This document shows, in pieces, positions 30,087 to 40,827 of a DNA stretch of 64,000 nt. The notes under the pieces are model-generated. The model saw only the letters and a list, made by a program, of their open reading frames with translations. It did not search any database and had not been told where the DNA came from. The stretch covers positions 1,096 to 65,095 of the forward strand of contig CABZHO010000001.1 in the NCBI GenBank assembly GCA_902525595.1, given 5' to 3'. Both the position numbers and the translations under genes were made by a program. The DNA comes from an uncultured Pelagibacteraceae bacterium (GTDB lineage: Bacteria > Pseudomonadota > Alphaproteobacteria > Pelagibacterales > AG-422-B15). Position 1 is the first letter of the stretch; each line of letters starts with the position of its first letter.

Positions 30087-31976
30087 ATGTCAAAAGCTGA
30101 AAAACTAGAATTTCAAACCGAAGTCAGCCAATTACTCAAATTGATGATTAATTCGGTCTATTCCGAAAAAGAAGTTTTTGTTCGAGAGCTCGTATCAAAT
30201 GCATCAGATGCTTGTGATAAACTAAGATATCTCGCCACCACAAAAGAAAAACTTATTAAAGATGATCCAAATTTCAAAGTTCAAATATCTATAAATAAAA
30301 AAGAAAATAAAATCTCAATATCTGACAATGGTATTGGAATGAATAAAAAAGATTTAATTTCAAATCTTGGCACAATTGCCCGATCGGGAACTGCTCATTT
30401 TCTCAAGGAGTTATCAGAGTCAAAAACTAAAGACCTTTCACTTATCGGACAATTTGGTGTTGGTTTTTATTCAGCATTTATGGTTGCTGAAAAAACCAAG
30501 GTTATAACCAAAAAGGCCGGCGAAAATAAAGTCTGGTTATGGGAGTCGGATGGTGAAAACCATTTCTCAATTTCAGAAACTGACGATACTAATTTATTAG
30601 TATCTAATCGTGGCACTAAAATAGAGCTAACACTTACAAAAGAGGCAAAAGAATATTTAGATAAGACTAGAGTCGAAAATATTATACGTAAGTATTCAGA
30701 CCATATTAGTATTCCTATCATTGTTCAGGATGGATCAGAAAAAAAAGATGAAACAATTGAACCTGTCAATTCGGCCTCTGCAATTTGGACAAGATCAAAA
30801 TCTCAAATCACCAAAGAGCAATATAAAGAATTTTATAATCATGTTGGCCAAATGTTCGACGATCCATGGATGACGTCGCATTATAAAGCAGAAGGAAAAA
30901 TAGAGTATACAGTTCTTAACTTTATTCCTTCTTCAAAACCTTTTGATCTTTATGATCCGGCACGTGAAAATAGACTCAAGCTTTACGTTAAAAGAGTTTT
31001 TATAACTGATAATTGTCCAGAGTTAATACCTCCTTACTTAAGGTTTTTAAGAGGAGTAATCGATTCAGAGGACCTTCCTCTAAATATCAGTCGTGAAATG
31101 CTACAAAATAATCCTGTTGTATCTAAAATAAGATCCTCACTTGTGAAAAGAACTATTTCAGACCTTAAAAAGAAACTTTTGAAAGAAAGAAATTCTTACG
31201 AAACTTTTTGGACAAATTTTGGACCAGTTTTGAAAGAAGGTATTTATGAAGATTTCGAAAAAAAGGACAGTCTACTTGAAATAGCGCTATTTAAAAACTC
31301 AAAGTCAAAAGACTTAATCACAATCGATGAATACATTGAAGGGATGGGTAAAAAGCAAAATGATATCTACTTTATGACTGGTGATAGCTATGAGAATATT
31401 CTAAATAATCCAAGTTTAGAAGGCTATAAATCAAGAAATATTAATGTTTTAATCTTAGATGATCCAGTCGATAGCTTTTGGACATCATCAACTCCAAGTT
31501 ATAAAGAAAAGAATTTTAAATCAGTTACAAAGGGTATAGACGATTTAGGTAAACTAGATGGCAAAAAAGATAAAGATGCACAAAAAGACAATAAATCAAT
31601 AGAGCCACTTATTAATCTCCTCAAGGAGAATCTCAAAGATAATGTCAGCGATGTAAGAATATCTTCAAGATTAACTGATAGTGCTGCTTGCTTAGTGGGA
31701 GATGAAAACTCAATGGATCCACAATTAGAAAAAATTTTACAGCAACACAATCAACTTAACCAGAATATGTCACTTAAAATTCTTGAAATCAATTCTGGGC
31801 ACAAGCTTATAAAAAAACTCTCTAAAATGTGTACCAAAAAAGAAAATTTCTCAGAGATTAAAAGAATTTCATCTATTTTATATGAACAATCAAAAATTCT
31901 TGATGGAGAGAAACCCACTGATCCTGCATTATTTTCAAAAAATCTGATTGATACAATTTATTTATCACTAAAATAA
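30087..31976 (+). CDS. htpG: Chaperone HtpG (Hsp90)
   Basis: RELVSNASDA, DNGIGM, IGQFGVGFYS, LNISREMLQ motifs. Confidence 0.98.
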   Translation: MSKAEKLEFQTEVSQLLKLMINSVYSEKEVFVRELVSNASDACDKLRYLATTKEKLIKDDPNFKVQISINKKENKISISDNGIGMNKKDLISNLGTIARSGTAHFLKELSESKTKDLSLIGQFGVGFYSAFMVAEKTKVITKKAGENKVWLWESDGENHFSISETDDTNLLVSNRGTKIELTLTKEAKEYLDKTRVENIIRKYSDHISIPIIVQDGSEKKDETIEPVNSASAIWTRSKSQITKEQYKEFYNHVGQMFDDPWMTSHYKAEGKIEYTVLNFIPSSKPFDLYDPARENRLKLYVKRVFITDNCPELIPPYLRFLRGVIDSEDLPLNISREMLQNNPVVSKIRSSLVKRTISDLKKKLLKERNSYETFWTNFGPVLKEGIYEDFEKKDSLLEIALFKNSKSKDLITIDEYIEGMGKKQNDIYFMTGDSYENILNNPSLEGYKSRNINVLILDDPVDSFWTSSTPSYKEKNFKSVTKGIDDLGKLDGKKDKDAQKDNKSIEPLINLLKENLKDNVSDVRISSRLTDSAACLVGDENSMDPQLEKILQQHNQLNQNMSLKILEINSGHKLIKKLSKMCTKKENFSEIKRISSILYEQSKILDGEKPTDPALFSKNLIDTIYLSLK

Positions 31977-32055
31977 TTAAAATATTAGATATGAAAATAA
32001 GACTCATCATTTCAGGATATTTGAATTAACATACTTTCAATCAAAGGAATAAAAT

Positions 32056-32688
32056 ATGCATAAATTATTATTAACCATAACACTGGCTATCTTTTCTCTA
32101 ACAGCAACATTATTTGCTACAGAGTTTAATGAATTATCTTTTTACGAGGGAAAAGTTGAAAAAGCTTACAATCAAACTGATCTACCAATGCTTCCAGGCA
32201 AATGGAAAATTTTTGATATGGAGAAATCTGGCAGTGTACCATCTGGAAACTTTTATGTTTATGCAACCCTTGCACCAGAAGCATTAGGAATTAATGATAA
32301 TTTATTTTTCTTTGATTCGATCAACTACGCCGTACTCGGCTCAAGGTCAGAAGAAACTGAATACCGAAAAACTTTTTATGGATGTGAGTCAGATTTCTAT
32401 GAAGCAGCAATTGTAAATACAATTAATATTAATTCTCGTGGTTCTGGAAATTTTGAGGAAACATGTGCTGGATACGCTGATGGTAATAATGGAAATCATA
32501 GTTTTTATTTTGTTGATTGTGCTGACATATGTGTCGAAGTAAATTTTGCTCTATATAATGAAGCATACTATATTGATGAGTCTAATTTTGTAGAAATTGC
32601 GGAACAAGTGTTTGATGAGATCAGATCTACAGTGTCTGGCAACAATCAGAATCCGTCATTGGAATTTTTAAACAGTTACAGAAAATAA
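32056..32688 (+). CDS. Hypothetical secreted acidic protein
   Basis: AAGGA RBS; signal peptide; 4 Cys; no family recognised. Confidence 0.7.
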   Translation: MHKLLLTITLAIFSLTATLFATEFNELSFYEGKVEKAYNQTDLPMLPGKWKIFDMEKSGSVPSGNFYVYATLAPEALGINDNLFFFDSINYAVLGSRSEETEYRKTFYGCESDFYEAAIVNTININSRGSGNFEETCAGYADGNNGNHSFYFVDCADICVEVNFALYNEAYYIDESNFVEIAEQVFDEIRSTVSGNNQNPSLEFLNSYRK

Positions 32689-32689
32689 T

Positions 32690-35377
32690 TTAGGAATTTA
32701 CTAGGTTTTTAAAAACGTATTGCAGTATTCCTCCGGTTTGCAGGTACTCAATTTCAGTTTCGGTATTAACTAAAAGTTTAATCGATATACTTTTGCTTTT
32801 TCCGTTATTGTTTTTTATCTGTGCTTTATAAAAACCTTGTGTTTGAATTTGGTCTTTAACGTCTAAAATACTAATTGTTTCAGATCCGTTAAGTTTAAGT
32901 GATTTTCTGTTGTCTTTACCTTGAAATTGAAAAGGTAAAACACCCATCCCTATTAGATTTGATCGATGTATTCGTTCATATGACTCGGCAATAACAGCTT
33001 GAACACCAAGCAATTTGGTTCCTTTCGCTGCCCAATCTCTCGATGAGCCCATTCCATAATCCTTACCAGCAATAATAATTAAAGGGGTTTTTGCTTTTTG
33101 ATATTTAACTGAGGCGTCATAAATAGACATTTGTTTTTTTGAAGGTATATGAATTGTATAACCACCTTCGATATTATTGAGCATCTCATTTCTAATTCTT
33201 ATATTAGCAAATGTACCTCTCATCATTACTTCATGGTTTCCTCGTCTCGCACCAAAAGAGTTAAACTCCGCGCGACTTACATTTTTTTTCTTCAAGTAAC
33301 TACCTGCAGGTCCGTCATCTTTAATAGCTCCAGCCGGACTAATATGGTCCGTTGTTACAGAGTCACCAAATATTCCAAGTATATTTGCATTTTTAATATT
33401 TTTTATGTTGTTAGAATTAAGATCTAATTTTTTGAAATAGGGAGGATGCTGAACATATGTAGAATTTTTATTCCAATTATAAGTTAGACTTTTAGGTGAT
33501 TTTACAGAGTTCCATTTCTTGTCACCTTTAAAAACATTTTTATATCGTTTCTTATAAAGCGTAGAAGTAATTGTTTTATTTATCACTTTTTGAATTTCTT
33601 TAGTACTAGGCCAAATATCGTTTAAAAAAATCTTTTTGCCTTTCTTATCTATACCCAATGGCTCTTTTGTAAGATTTATTTTTGTTGATCCTGCCAGCGC
33701 ATAAGCTACGACTAGGGGCGGTGATGCTAAATAGTTAGCCTTTACAAACGGGTTTATTCTGCCCTCAAAATTTCTATTTCCTGATAAAACACCACTTACG
33801 ATCAAATTGTTGTTACTAATCGTATTAGAAATATTTTCATTTAGTGGACCAGAATTCCCAATACATGTTGTACATCCAAAACCCACAAGATTAAAGCCAA
33901 GTAAATCTAGGTATTTTTGTAGTCCAGACTTAGATAAATAATCAGTTACTATTTTCGATCCAGGAGCAAGGGATGTTTTAACCCATGGTTTTGTTTTCAG
34001 TCCAAGCTTTATAGCTTTTTGTGCAAGTAAACCTGCACCAATCATAACATTTGGATTTGATGTATTTGTACAACTTGTAATAGCAGCAATTGCAACATGG
34101 CCATGATTTATTTCGAAATTTTCTCCAGCTACTTTACTAGGAATACTTAGATTTTTCTGGGCAAAATCAGTTTTGAGGGATTTGTGAAAATTGTTTGCCA
34201 CATTTTTTAATACAATTTTATCCTGAGGTCTTTTAGGGCCTGCAAGGCTTGGCTGAATTTTTGAAAGATTAATTTTCATCGTATCAGAGTATACCCTGTG
34301 ATTAGGCTTATAATCTTCCCACAGACCTTGTTGTATGGCATATCTTTTTACAAGTTGAATTTCCTCTTTATTTCTGCCACTAACTTTGAGAAATTTTATT
34401 GTTTCATTGTCAATTGGAAAAAAGCCACAAGTAGCTCCATATTCTGGAGCCATATTTGATATAGTTGCTCGATCTGGTATTGATAATTCTTTTAATCCAT
34501 CGCCATAAAATTCTACAAATTTACCAACTACACCTTTCTTTCTTAATTGTTCAGTGATGGTTAAGACAAGGTCAGTTGCAGTAATGCCTTCTTTAATTAT
34601 ACCCCTTATTTCAAACCCAATAACTTCTGGGACAACCATCGAAATCGGTTGACCAAGCATTGCAGCCTCGGCTTCAATTCCACCGACACCCCATCCCAAA
34701 ACAGAAAGTCCATTTATCATCGTTGTATGACTGTCCGTACCAACTACAGTATCAGGGTATGCTAGTGTAAAATTGTTACCATTAATCTTTTTATCTTCAG
34801 ACCAAACTGTTTTTGCGAGATATTCTAAGTTTACTTGGTGACATATTCCTGTACCAGGTGGGACCACTCTAAAGTTATCAAATGATTTTTGACCCCATCT
34901 TAAAAATTCATATCGTTCAATATTTCGTTTATATTCTAAATCTACATTCGCTTTATATGCAGTTGCACTGCCATACTTGTCTACCATAACAGAGTGATCA
35001 ATAACGAGATCAACAGGTGATAAAGGATTAATCTTATTGGGATCACCGTTTTTTTCCTTTATAGCCGATCTCATAGAAGCAAGATCAACTACTGCAGGCA
35101 CACCAGTAAAATCTTGCATTAATACTCTTGCAGGCCTGAAGTTAATTTCTTTCTTAATTTTTTTATTTTTTTTCCATTTTTGAAAGGCTTCTATGTCCTT
35201 TTTATAAACTGTTTTTTGGTCTTCATTTCTTAACAGATTTTCAAGAAGGACTTTTATTGAAAACGGTAAAGACGAGATATTTTGTACGCCGTTTTTTTCA
35301 GCACTCTTAAGGCTATAGTATGTATAAGATTTTTTGCCTATTTTTAGGGTTTTTTTTGTTTTAAAGCTATCGTACAT
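32690..35377 (-). CDS. acnA: Aconitate hydratase A
   Basis: QDFTGVP, DSHTTM, ITSCTNTSNP, GCTTCIGNSG, GSSRDWAAKG motifs. Confidence 0.98.
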   Translation of the reverse strand: MYDSFKTKKTLKIGKKSYTYYSLKSAEKNGVQNISSLPFSIKVLLENLLRNEDQKTVYKKDIEAFQKWKKNKKIKKEINFRPARVLMQDFTGVPAVVDLASMRSAIKEKNGDPNKINPLSPVDLVIDHSVMVDKYGSATAYKANVDLEYKRNIERYEFLRWGQKSFDNFRVVPPGTGICHQVNLEYLAKTVWSEDKKINGNNFTLAYPDTVVGTDSHTTMINGLSVLGWGVGGIEAEAAMLGQPISMVVPEVIGFEIRGIIKEGITATDLVLTITEQLRKKGVVGKFVEFYGDGLKELSIPDRATISNMAPEYGATCGFFPIDNETIKFLKVSGRNKEEIQLVKRYAIQQGLWEDYKPNHRVYSDTMKINLSKIQPSLAGPKRPQDKIVLKNVANNFHKSLKTDFAQKNLSIPSKVAGENFEINHGHVAIAAITSCTNTSNPNVMIGAGLLAQKAIKLGLKTKPWVKTSLAPGSKIVTDYLSKSGLQKYLDLLGFNLVGFGCTTCIGNSGPLNENISNTISNNNLIVSGVLSGNRNFEGRINPFVKANYLASPPLVVAYALAGSTKINLTKEPLGIDKKGKKIFLNDIWPSTKEIQKVINKTITSTLYKKRYKNVFKGDKKWNSVKSPKSLTYNWNKNSTYVQHPPYFKKLDLNSNNIKNIKNANILGIFGDSVTTDHISPAGAIKDDGPAGSYLKKKNVSRAEFNSFGARRGNHEVMMRGTFANIRIRNEMLNNIEGGYTIHIPSKKQMSIYDASVKYQKAKTPLIIIAGKDYGMGSSRDWAAKGTKLLGVQAVIAESYERIHRSNLIGMGVLPFQFQGKDNRKSLKLNGSETISILDVKDQIQTQGFYKAQIKNNNGKSKSISIKLLVNTETEIEYLQTGGILQYVFKNLVNS

Positions 35378-35436
35378 AGAGGGTTTACTGGCACTATATT
35401 TAGACTAATTTAAATAGCTATCAATAGAAAGTTTAC

Positions 35437-36042
35437 ATGAAAGAGCTAAGAATTGAAGATTTAAACTGTTATAGGGGAAGTCATTTGGTCCTTAAACGAC
35501 TAAATTTCTCTATAAACTCTGGTGAAACACTTTTAGTTAGAGGAGATAACGGTTCTGGCAAGACAACGCTGCTAAGAGCGTTATCAAATTACATAAGATC
35601 ATATGAAGGTAATATTTATTTTGATGAACTTAAAACAAAGGAAGATCATAAATATAAAAATAAATTTACTTTTATAGGACAAAAAAACTCTCTGAAAGAT
35701 AATTTGTCAGTAAAAAAAAATCTTAAGTTATGGGAATTTTTATATAATAGAAAAATCTCTCCTATTGAAATATTGAGTGAGTTTAATCTTTCTCAATTAA
35801 TTGATGACGATGTATCTTCTCTAAGTGATGGACAAAGAAAATGTATTTCAATCCAAAAACTAAGATTTTCAGAGAGCATGTTATGGTTCTTAGATGAACC
35901 TTTTGTATTTTTAGATGAAAAGAATTCAAAAATACTTATGAAAAAAATTGAAAATTTTAATAAAAAAAATGGAATAGTAATTGTCACAACAAATATTGAT
36001 TTAGGATTAAAATTTCAAAAAGAGATTAATTTAAATGTATAA
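35437..36042 (+). CDS. ccmA: Heme ABC exporter ATP-binding subunit
   Basis: GDNGSGKTT Walker A; LSDGQ; WFLDEPF; first gene of ccm cluster. Confidence 0.9.
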   Translation: MKELRIEDLNCYRGSHLVLKRLNFSINSGETLLVRGDNGSGKTTLLRALSNYIRSYEGNIYFDELKTKEDHKYKNKFTFIGQKNSLKDNLSVKKNLKLWEFLYNRKISPIEILSEFNLSQLIDDDVSSLSDGQRKCISIQKLRFSESMLWFLDEPFVFLDEKNSKILMKKIENFNKKNGIVIVTTNIDLGLKFQKEINLNV

Positions 36043-36661
36043 TTTGATTTTAAGAGATTTATATTTAGCTCTGTATTCAAGTGCCAACTTTTTTTATACA
36101 TCATCTTTCTTCATACTGATACTAGTACTGTTACCATTTATTTTTGGGACAAGTATTGATCAATTACAATTACTGTTTAAAGGGATCTTATGGATAGGCC
36201 TTTCATTATCAATCATATTAACGATGGAAAGAATATTCAATACTGATTACGAAGATGGTAGCTTGGATATAATATTACAAAAAAATTCTTCATTAGAAAT
36301 AATTGTAATTAGTAAATATATTTCTCATTGGGTAGTTTACTGTTTACCGTTGTTTATTATTCTACCTCTTTTAAGCTTACTTTTTTACCTTAATACTTCT
36401 GATGTATTTGCCATTTTTCTAAATCTCTTGCTAGGTTCATTTGGTATGATTTTTATTGCGACTTTTGTTAGTGCTCTGACTTTAGCTGCTAAAAGAACAA
36501 TATTCTTGAAGGCGATCATAATGATACCGTTATTTGTCCCCTTTGTTATATTTGGTTCAGGAGACAATTCATGGTTAATTTTGCTTGCTTTATCAATGCT
36601 TTCATTTGTGGTTTCAATTTATGTATCAACCTATGGTCTGCGTCTATATGGAGAATCGTAA
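36035..36661 (+). CDS. ccmB: Heme exporter permease CcmB
   Basis: DYEDGSL, K..SHW, PLFVP..IFG motifs. Confidence 0.9.
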   Translation: MYNLILRDLYLALYSSANFFYTSSFFILILVLLPFIFGTSIDQLQLLFKGILWIGLSLSIILTMERIFNTDYEDGSLDIILQKNSSLEIIVISKYISHWVVYCLPLFIILPLLSLLFYLNTSDVFAIFLNLLLGSFGMIFIATFVSALTLAAKRTIFLKAIIMIPLFVPFVIFGSGDNSWLILLALSMLSFVVSIYVSTYGLRLYGES

Positions 36662-36690
36662 ACCTTTAGAAAAAATATATATATAGCTTA

Positions 36691-37398
36691 ATGTATTTTA
36701 GGGTAACAAAAAATCACATCAATGCTATCAAAGCTGCTAATCCATATTTGATACTTAGCACTGTCACTGCTTTTGTAATTGGATTATATTATGCGCTGAT
36801 TCAATCACCACCTGATTATATACAGGGTGACTCGATGAGAATAATGTATATTCATGTTCCTTCTGCGTGGTTTGCTCTTATGTGTTATACAATCCTTGCT
36901 GGCTCAAGTGTTTTATGGTTTATCACACGAAATCCAACCTTCAACTTAGTTGCAAGATCTATTGCCCAGATAGGAATGATGTTTACAGTATTGTCGTTAG
37001 TTACAGGAAGTATATGGGGAAAACCAACCTGGGGAGTGTGGTGGGTATGGGATGCAAGATTGACGTCTATGCTTTTACTTTTTTTTCTTTATCTTGCATA
37101 TATTTTTTTATGGCAAGCCATCGCTAACAAAGACATTGCGTCAAAAATATCAGCTGCTTTAGCAATTATCGGTTTTATAAATATTCCAATCATAAAATTC
37201 TCAGTAGACTGGTGGAATACATTGCATCAACCTCCATCTATCTCAAAATTATCGGCCCCTAGTATTGATGTTAGCATGATGTTGCCCTTATCAATTATGA
37301 CACTTGCCAGTTTACTATTTTTAATAACAGTTTTTTTTATACGATTCAGAATTGAAGTATTAGATAATAAAATTCTGAGAGTAGGAGATGAAATATGA
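36691..37398 (+). CDS. ccmC: Heme exporter CcmC
   Basis: YIHVP, WGKPTWGVWWVWDARLTS, WWNTLHQ motifs. Confidence 0.96.
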   Translation: MYFRVTKNHINAIKAANPYLILSTVTAFVIGLYYALIQSPPDYIQGDSMRIMYIHVPSAWFALMCYTILAGSSVLWFITRNPTFNLVARSIAQIGMMFTVLSLVTGSIWGKPTWGVWWVWDARLTSMLLLFFLYLAYIFLWQAIANKDIASKISAALAIIGFINIPIIKFSVDWWNTLHQPPSISKLSAPSIDVSMMLPLSIMTLASLLFLITVFFIRFRIEVLDNKILRVGDEI

Positions 37399-37550
37399 CT
37401 GATCTAATGTATATGGGCGGCTATGCAGCATTTGTATGGTCTGCATATGCTTTCTTTTTTTTCTCTATAATTATGCTCTTTGTCTTCAATTTTATGAAGT
37501 TGAAGAATAAAGAAAAAATTCTCAAAGATAATGACAGCAGGCGTGACTGA
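37395..37550 (+). CDS. ccmD: Heme exporter protein CcmD (51 aa, absent from the ORF track)
   Basis: Hand translation MTDLMYMGGYAAFVWSAYAFFFFSIIMLFVFNFMKLKNKEKILKDNDSRRD; MGGY..FVW.AY motif; ATGA overlap with ccmC; AGGAG upstream. Confidence 0.9.
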   Translation: MTDLMYMGGYAAFVWSAYAFFFFSIIMLFVFNFMKLKNKEKILKDNDSRRD

Positions 37551-37980
37551 AAAAGTGAAAAAAAGACTTACGAAATTCTTATTAAGCTTAATCATTGTTT
37601 CAATAGCAGTTCTTCTGATTGTTTATAATCTCAAAGATAATATTGTATATTTTTACAGCCCCAGTGATTTGATTGAGGAAAATTTAAACAGAGGTCAAAT
37701 TATCAGATTAGGCGGCCTTGTTAAGACAGACTCTGTGTTCAACGAAAGTGAAAGTATATTTCATTTTAAAGTTTCTGACGGAAATGTGCATATAAACGTG
37801 AAATATGAAGGCATTTTACCCAATCTATTTGCCGAAGATAAAGGGGTTGTTGTGGAGGGGATTTATATGAATGACGGCAGATTTATTGCCAACAAAGTTT
37901 TAGCTAAGCATGACGAGAATTATATGCCACCGGAGGTAATACAGACATTAAAAGATTCAGGAAATTGGCAGGGTCAATGA
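37531..37980 (+). CDS. ccmE: Cytochrome c maturation heme chaperone
   Basis: YFYSP, RLGGLV, LPNLFAE, VLAKHDENYMP motifs. Confidence 0.96.
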   Translation: MTAGVTEKVKKRLTKFLLSLIIVSIAVLLIVYNLKDNIVYFYSPSDLIEENLNRGQIIRLGGLVKTDSVFNESESIFHFKVSDGNVHINVKYEGILPNLFAEDKGVVVEGIYMNDGRFIANKVLAKHDENYMPPEVIQTLKDSGNWQGQ

Positions 37981-39878
37981 GTACAACAATATATTATATT
38001 TCCAATATATTAATTATTATTTGTCTCGTCTCTTCACTACTGCAGACAAGATATTTATTTAATATAAATAAATTTAATAACTTGAGTGTTTCATTCTTAG
38101 CAACTATTCAACTCTTTTCAATTTTAATTGCCTTTGGGCTTTTGATTTATCTTTTTTTAATATCGGATTTTAGTTTCGAGTTAGTCTATTTAAATTCCCA
38201 TTCAGAAAAACCATTGATTTATAAATTTTCTGGTGTGTGGGGAAATCACGAAGGTAGTATGCTTTTATGGATTTTAATTTTAGTGCTGTTCAATTTTTTC
38301 TTTTCTTTATTTTCATTTAAGAGAAAAATATTTCAAAATCTTACTGTATCTGTTCAAAGTTTAATGATATTTGGCTTCACGTTATTTATTCTATTTTTAT
38401 CGAATCCATTTAAGTTAAGTGAAAATAATTATGCAGACGGAATAGGACTAAATCCAATTCTACAAGACCCATTACTCGCTATTCATCCGCCTGTTTTGTA
38501 CCTTGGATATGTTGGTTTTTCTCTTGTATTTAGTTTTGCAATTGCGGGGTTAATTTGTAAAGAAATAGATAAAACCTGGGCATCAATCATAAAACCATGG
38601 GTCTTTATCGCTTGGTCATTTTTGACTGCAGGCATCGCTCTTGGTTCGTTTTGGGCATATTATGAATTAGGTTGGGGCGGTTACTGGTTCTGGGATCCAG
38701 TTGAAAATGCATCACTAATGCCTTGGTTGGCAGCGACAGCTCTCATACATTGTGTTGTGGTTCTTGAGAAAAAAAACACTATGCAATCGTGGACTATTGT
38801 CTTGGCGATCATGACGTTTTCCTTAAGTTTGATAGGAACCTTTCTAGTTAGGTCAGGAATTTTAAACTCTGTTCACACTTTTGCTTCTGATCCTGGACGT
38901 GGTTTATTTATTCTAATTTTCTTATTTACCGTTCTTTTTGGCTCTTTTTTTCTTTTTGCCATTCAATCTGAAAAGATTAATAAACCTGACTTATCATCGT
39001 TGGTAAGCAGGAGTACAGGCATACAAATTAACAATTGGTTGTTGATGACAATTCTATCAATTGTATTTATTGGAACAATGTATCCCCTAGCAACAGATCT
39101 TTTTTTCAATCAAAGTTTAACGGTTGGACCTCAGTATTACGCGATCACAATTACCCCTTTGATTATTATTTTTATATTTTTTATGATTTTCTCACCAAGG
39201 TTAGGTTGGAAAGAGAGTAAGTTGATAAATCTTATTATGAGCATGAGATTTATTTTAATATCTGTTTTATCGCTCTCTTTTATTATTAGTTTATATTTTG
39301 ATCTATTTAATCTAAGTGAAATTACAATAATTTTTTTAAGTCTCATTTTAGTTTTTACTTCTCTTAAATCTGGATTTAGTCTCTCTGGTAAAAATACAAT
39401 TATCAAATCTAATTTAGGCCAAAATATAGCACATGCTGGATTTGGAATTTTTATGATTGCTGTTGTTAGTAATGCCGTTTATTCAAAAGAAAAAATATAT
39501 GATGCAAAAGTTGGAGATAGTTTAGAACTAAGTGGATACGTTTTTAATTTTAAAAAAATAGAACAAGTTGAAGGGGCAAATTTTAATTCACTAAAAGCGT
39601 ATATTGATCTTGAGAAAGAAGAAAAGACACTAGACGAGTTTACCCCAGAAATTCGTTTTTATTCTGATCCTCCAACAATTACTTCCGAAACAAGCATAAT
39701 CCATAAATTTTTTTCAGATATTTACGTAGTGATGAATGTACCACAAAATCAGCAGTCGGTCAGTGTTCGTCTCCACATAAAGCCCTTTATGAATATTTTG
39801 TGGTTTGGAGTAATTATGATTATTTTAGGCGGTTTAATAACAGCTTTTCTTAAAAGGACAAGAATTGATGAAGTATAA
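37977..39878 (+). CDS. ccmF: Heme lyase CcmF
   Basis: WGNHEGS, LNPILQD, HPP, WGGYWFWDPVENAS, SVHTF motifs; ATG 37977 overlaps ccmE stop. Confidence 0.96.
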   Translation: MSTTIYYISNILIIICLVSSLLQTRYLFNINKFNNLSVSFLATIQLFSILIAFGLLIYLFLISDFSFELVYLNSHSEKPLIYKFSGVWGNHEGSMLLWILILVLFNFFFSLFSFKRKIFQNLTVSVQSLMIFGFTLFILFLSNPFKLSENNYADGIGLNPILQDPLLAIHPPVLYLGYVGFSLVFSFAIAGLICKEIDKTWASIIKPWVFIAWSFLTAGIALGSFWAYYELGWGGYWFWDPVENASLMPWLAATALIHCVVVLEKKNTMQSWTIVLAIMTFSLSLIGTFLVRSGILNSVHTFASDPGRGLFILIFLFTVLFGSFFLFAIQSEKINKPDLSSLVSRSTGIQINNWLLMTILSIVFIGTMYPLATDLFFNQSLTVGPQYYAITITPLIIIFIFFMIFSPRLGWKESKLINLIMSMRFILISVLSLSFIISLYFDLFNLSEITIIFLSLILVFTSLKSGFSLSGKNTIIKSNLGQNIAHAGFGIFMIAVVSNAVYSKEKIYDAKVGDSLELSGYVFNFKKIEQVEGANFNSLKAYIDLEKEEKTLDEFTPEIRFYSDPPTITSETSIIHKFFSDIYVVMNVPQNQQSVSVRLHIKPFMNILWFGVIMIILGGLITAFLKRTRIDEV

Positions 39879-40401
39879 TTATTTTAAATTTATTCCTTTG
39901 ATCTTCATAATTGGATTTGGAATCTTTTTTTACTTCTCGCTTAGTAATGACACATCCAAGTTATCCTCTCCATTAATTGGAAAAAAACTACCCTCTTTTA
40001 CTGTTCCAGAATTGCTCTCCAATGGGGAATTCATGGATAAAGACCTAGGGGGAGCGATACCAGTTATATTGAATGTATGGGCTTCCTGGTGCATTCCTTG
40101 TCGAGTTGAGCATCCAGCTTTAATGACATTGGCAAACATGGATGAAATTGATGTATACGGTTTAAACTATAAAGACGATGAAGAAGAAGCAAAAAAGTTT
40201 ATTGATGAACTTGGAAACCCTTTTAAAAAAATCGGCATAGACCGTTCTGGTAGAACAGGTATTGATCTTGGAGTTTATGGGATACCTGAGACTTTTATCA
40301 TTAAGGATGGCCATGTACTCTATAAACACATTGGCCCAATTCATGTGAATGAAATTGAGGAGAAAATCTTACCTATTTTGAATAAGGAACGTAAGCAATG
40401 A
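39868..40401 (+). CDS. ccmG: Thiol:disulfide interchange protein CcmG/DsbE
   Basis: WASWCIPCRVEHP and GVYGIPETF motifs. Confidence 0.94.
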   Translation: MKYNYFKFIPLIFIIGFGIFFYFSLSNDTSKLSSPLIGKKLPSFTVPELLSNGEFMDKDLGGAIPVILNVWASWCIPCRVEHPALMTLANMDEIDVYGLNYKDDEEEAKKFIDELGNPFKKIGIDRSGRTGIDLGVYGIPETFIIKDGHVLYKHIGPIHVNEIEEKILPILNKERKQ

Positions 40402-40751
40402 AAAAAATATGCTTGATATTTTTTTTATTAATTTCAACCAACATGTCAATCGCTGAAGAAAATAGAGCTATAAACTTATTCAAAGAAGTTAGGTGTTTAG
40501 TTTGTCAGGGTCAAACTATTCACGAGTCAAATGCTGAGATGGCCGAAGATTTAAAAGAAGTGATTAGGGAAAAAATAGATCAAGGCCAGACAGATGGTGA
40601 AATCAAAAGTTTCTTAATAGAGAAATATGGCAATTGGATAATTATGACTCCACCATTTAACGGGCTTACATATTTGTTGTGGTTTGTGCCATTGATTATT
40701 CTTTTATTCGGTATTTACTTTATTTTGAGTAAAAAAAATCACAAAGTCTAA
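40398..40751 (+). CDS. ccmH: Cytochrome c biogenesis protein CcmH/CycL
   Basis: VRCLVCQGQ motif; C-terminal TM LLWFVP. Confidence 0.92.
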   Translation: MKKICLIFFLLISTNMSIAEENRAINLFKEVRCLVCQGQTIHESNAEMAEDLKEVIREKIDQGQTDGEIKSFLIEKYGNWIIMTPPFNGLTYLLWFVPLIILLFGIYFILSKKNHKV

Positions 40752-40827
40752 ATTCAGACACTTTGTTGATTTTTTTAAGACAAATTTTTGTTATTTGTTA
40801 TAAGCTGAGCACAAGGAGAACTAAATT

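Noticed and set aside
37404-37595. Track ORF 37404..37595 on the minus strand
   Set aside because: Antisense shadow of ccmD/ccmE; the plus-strand CcmD motif explains the region
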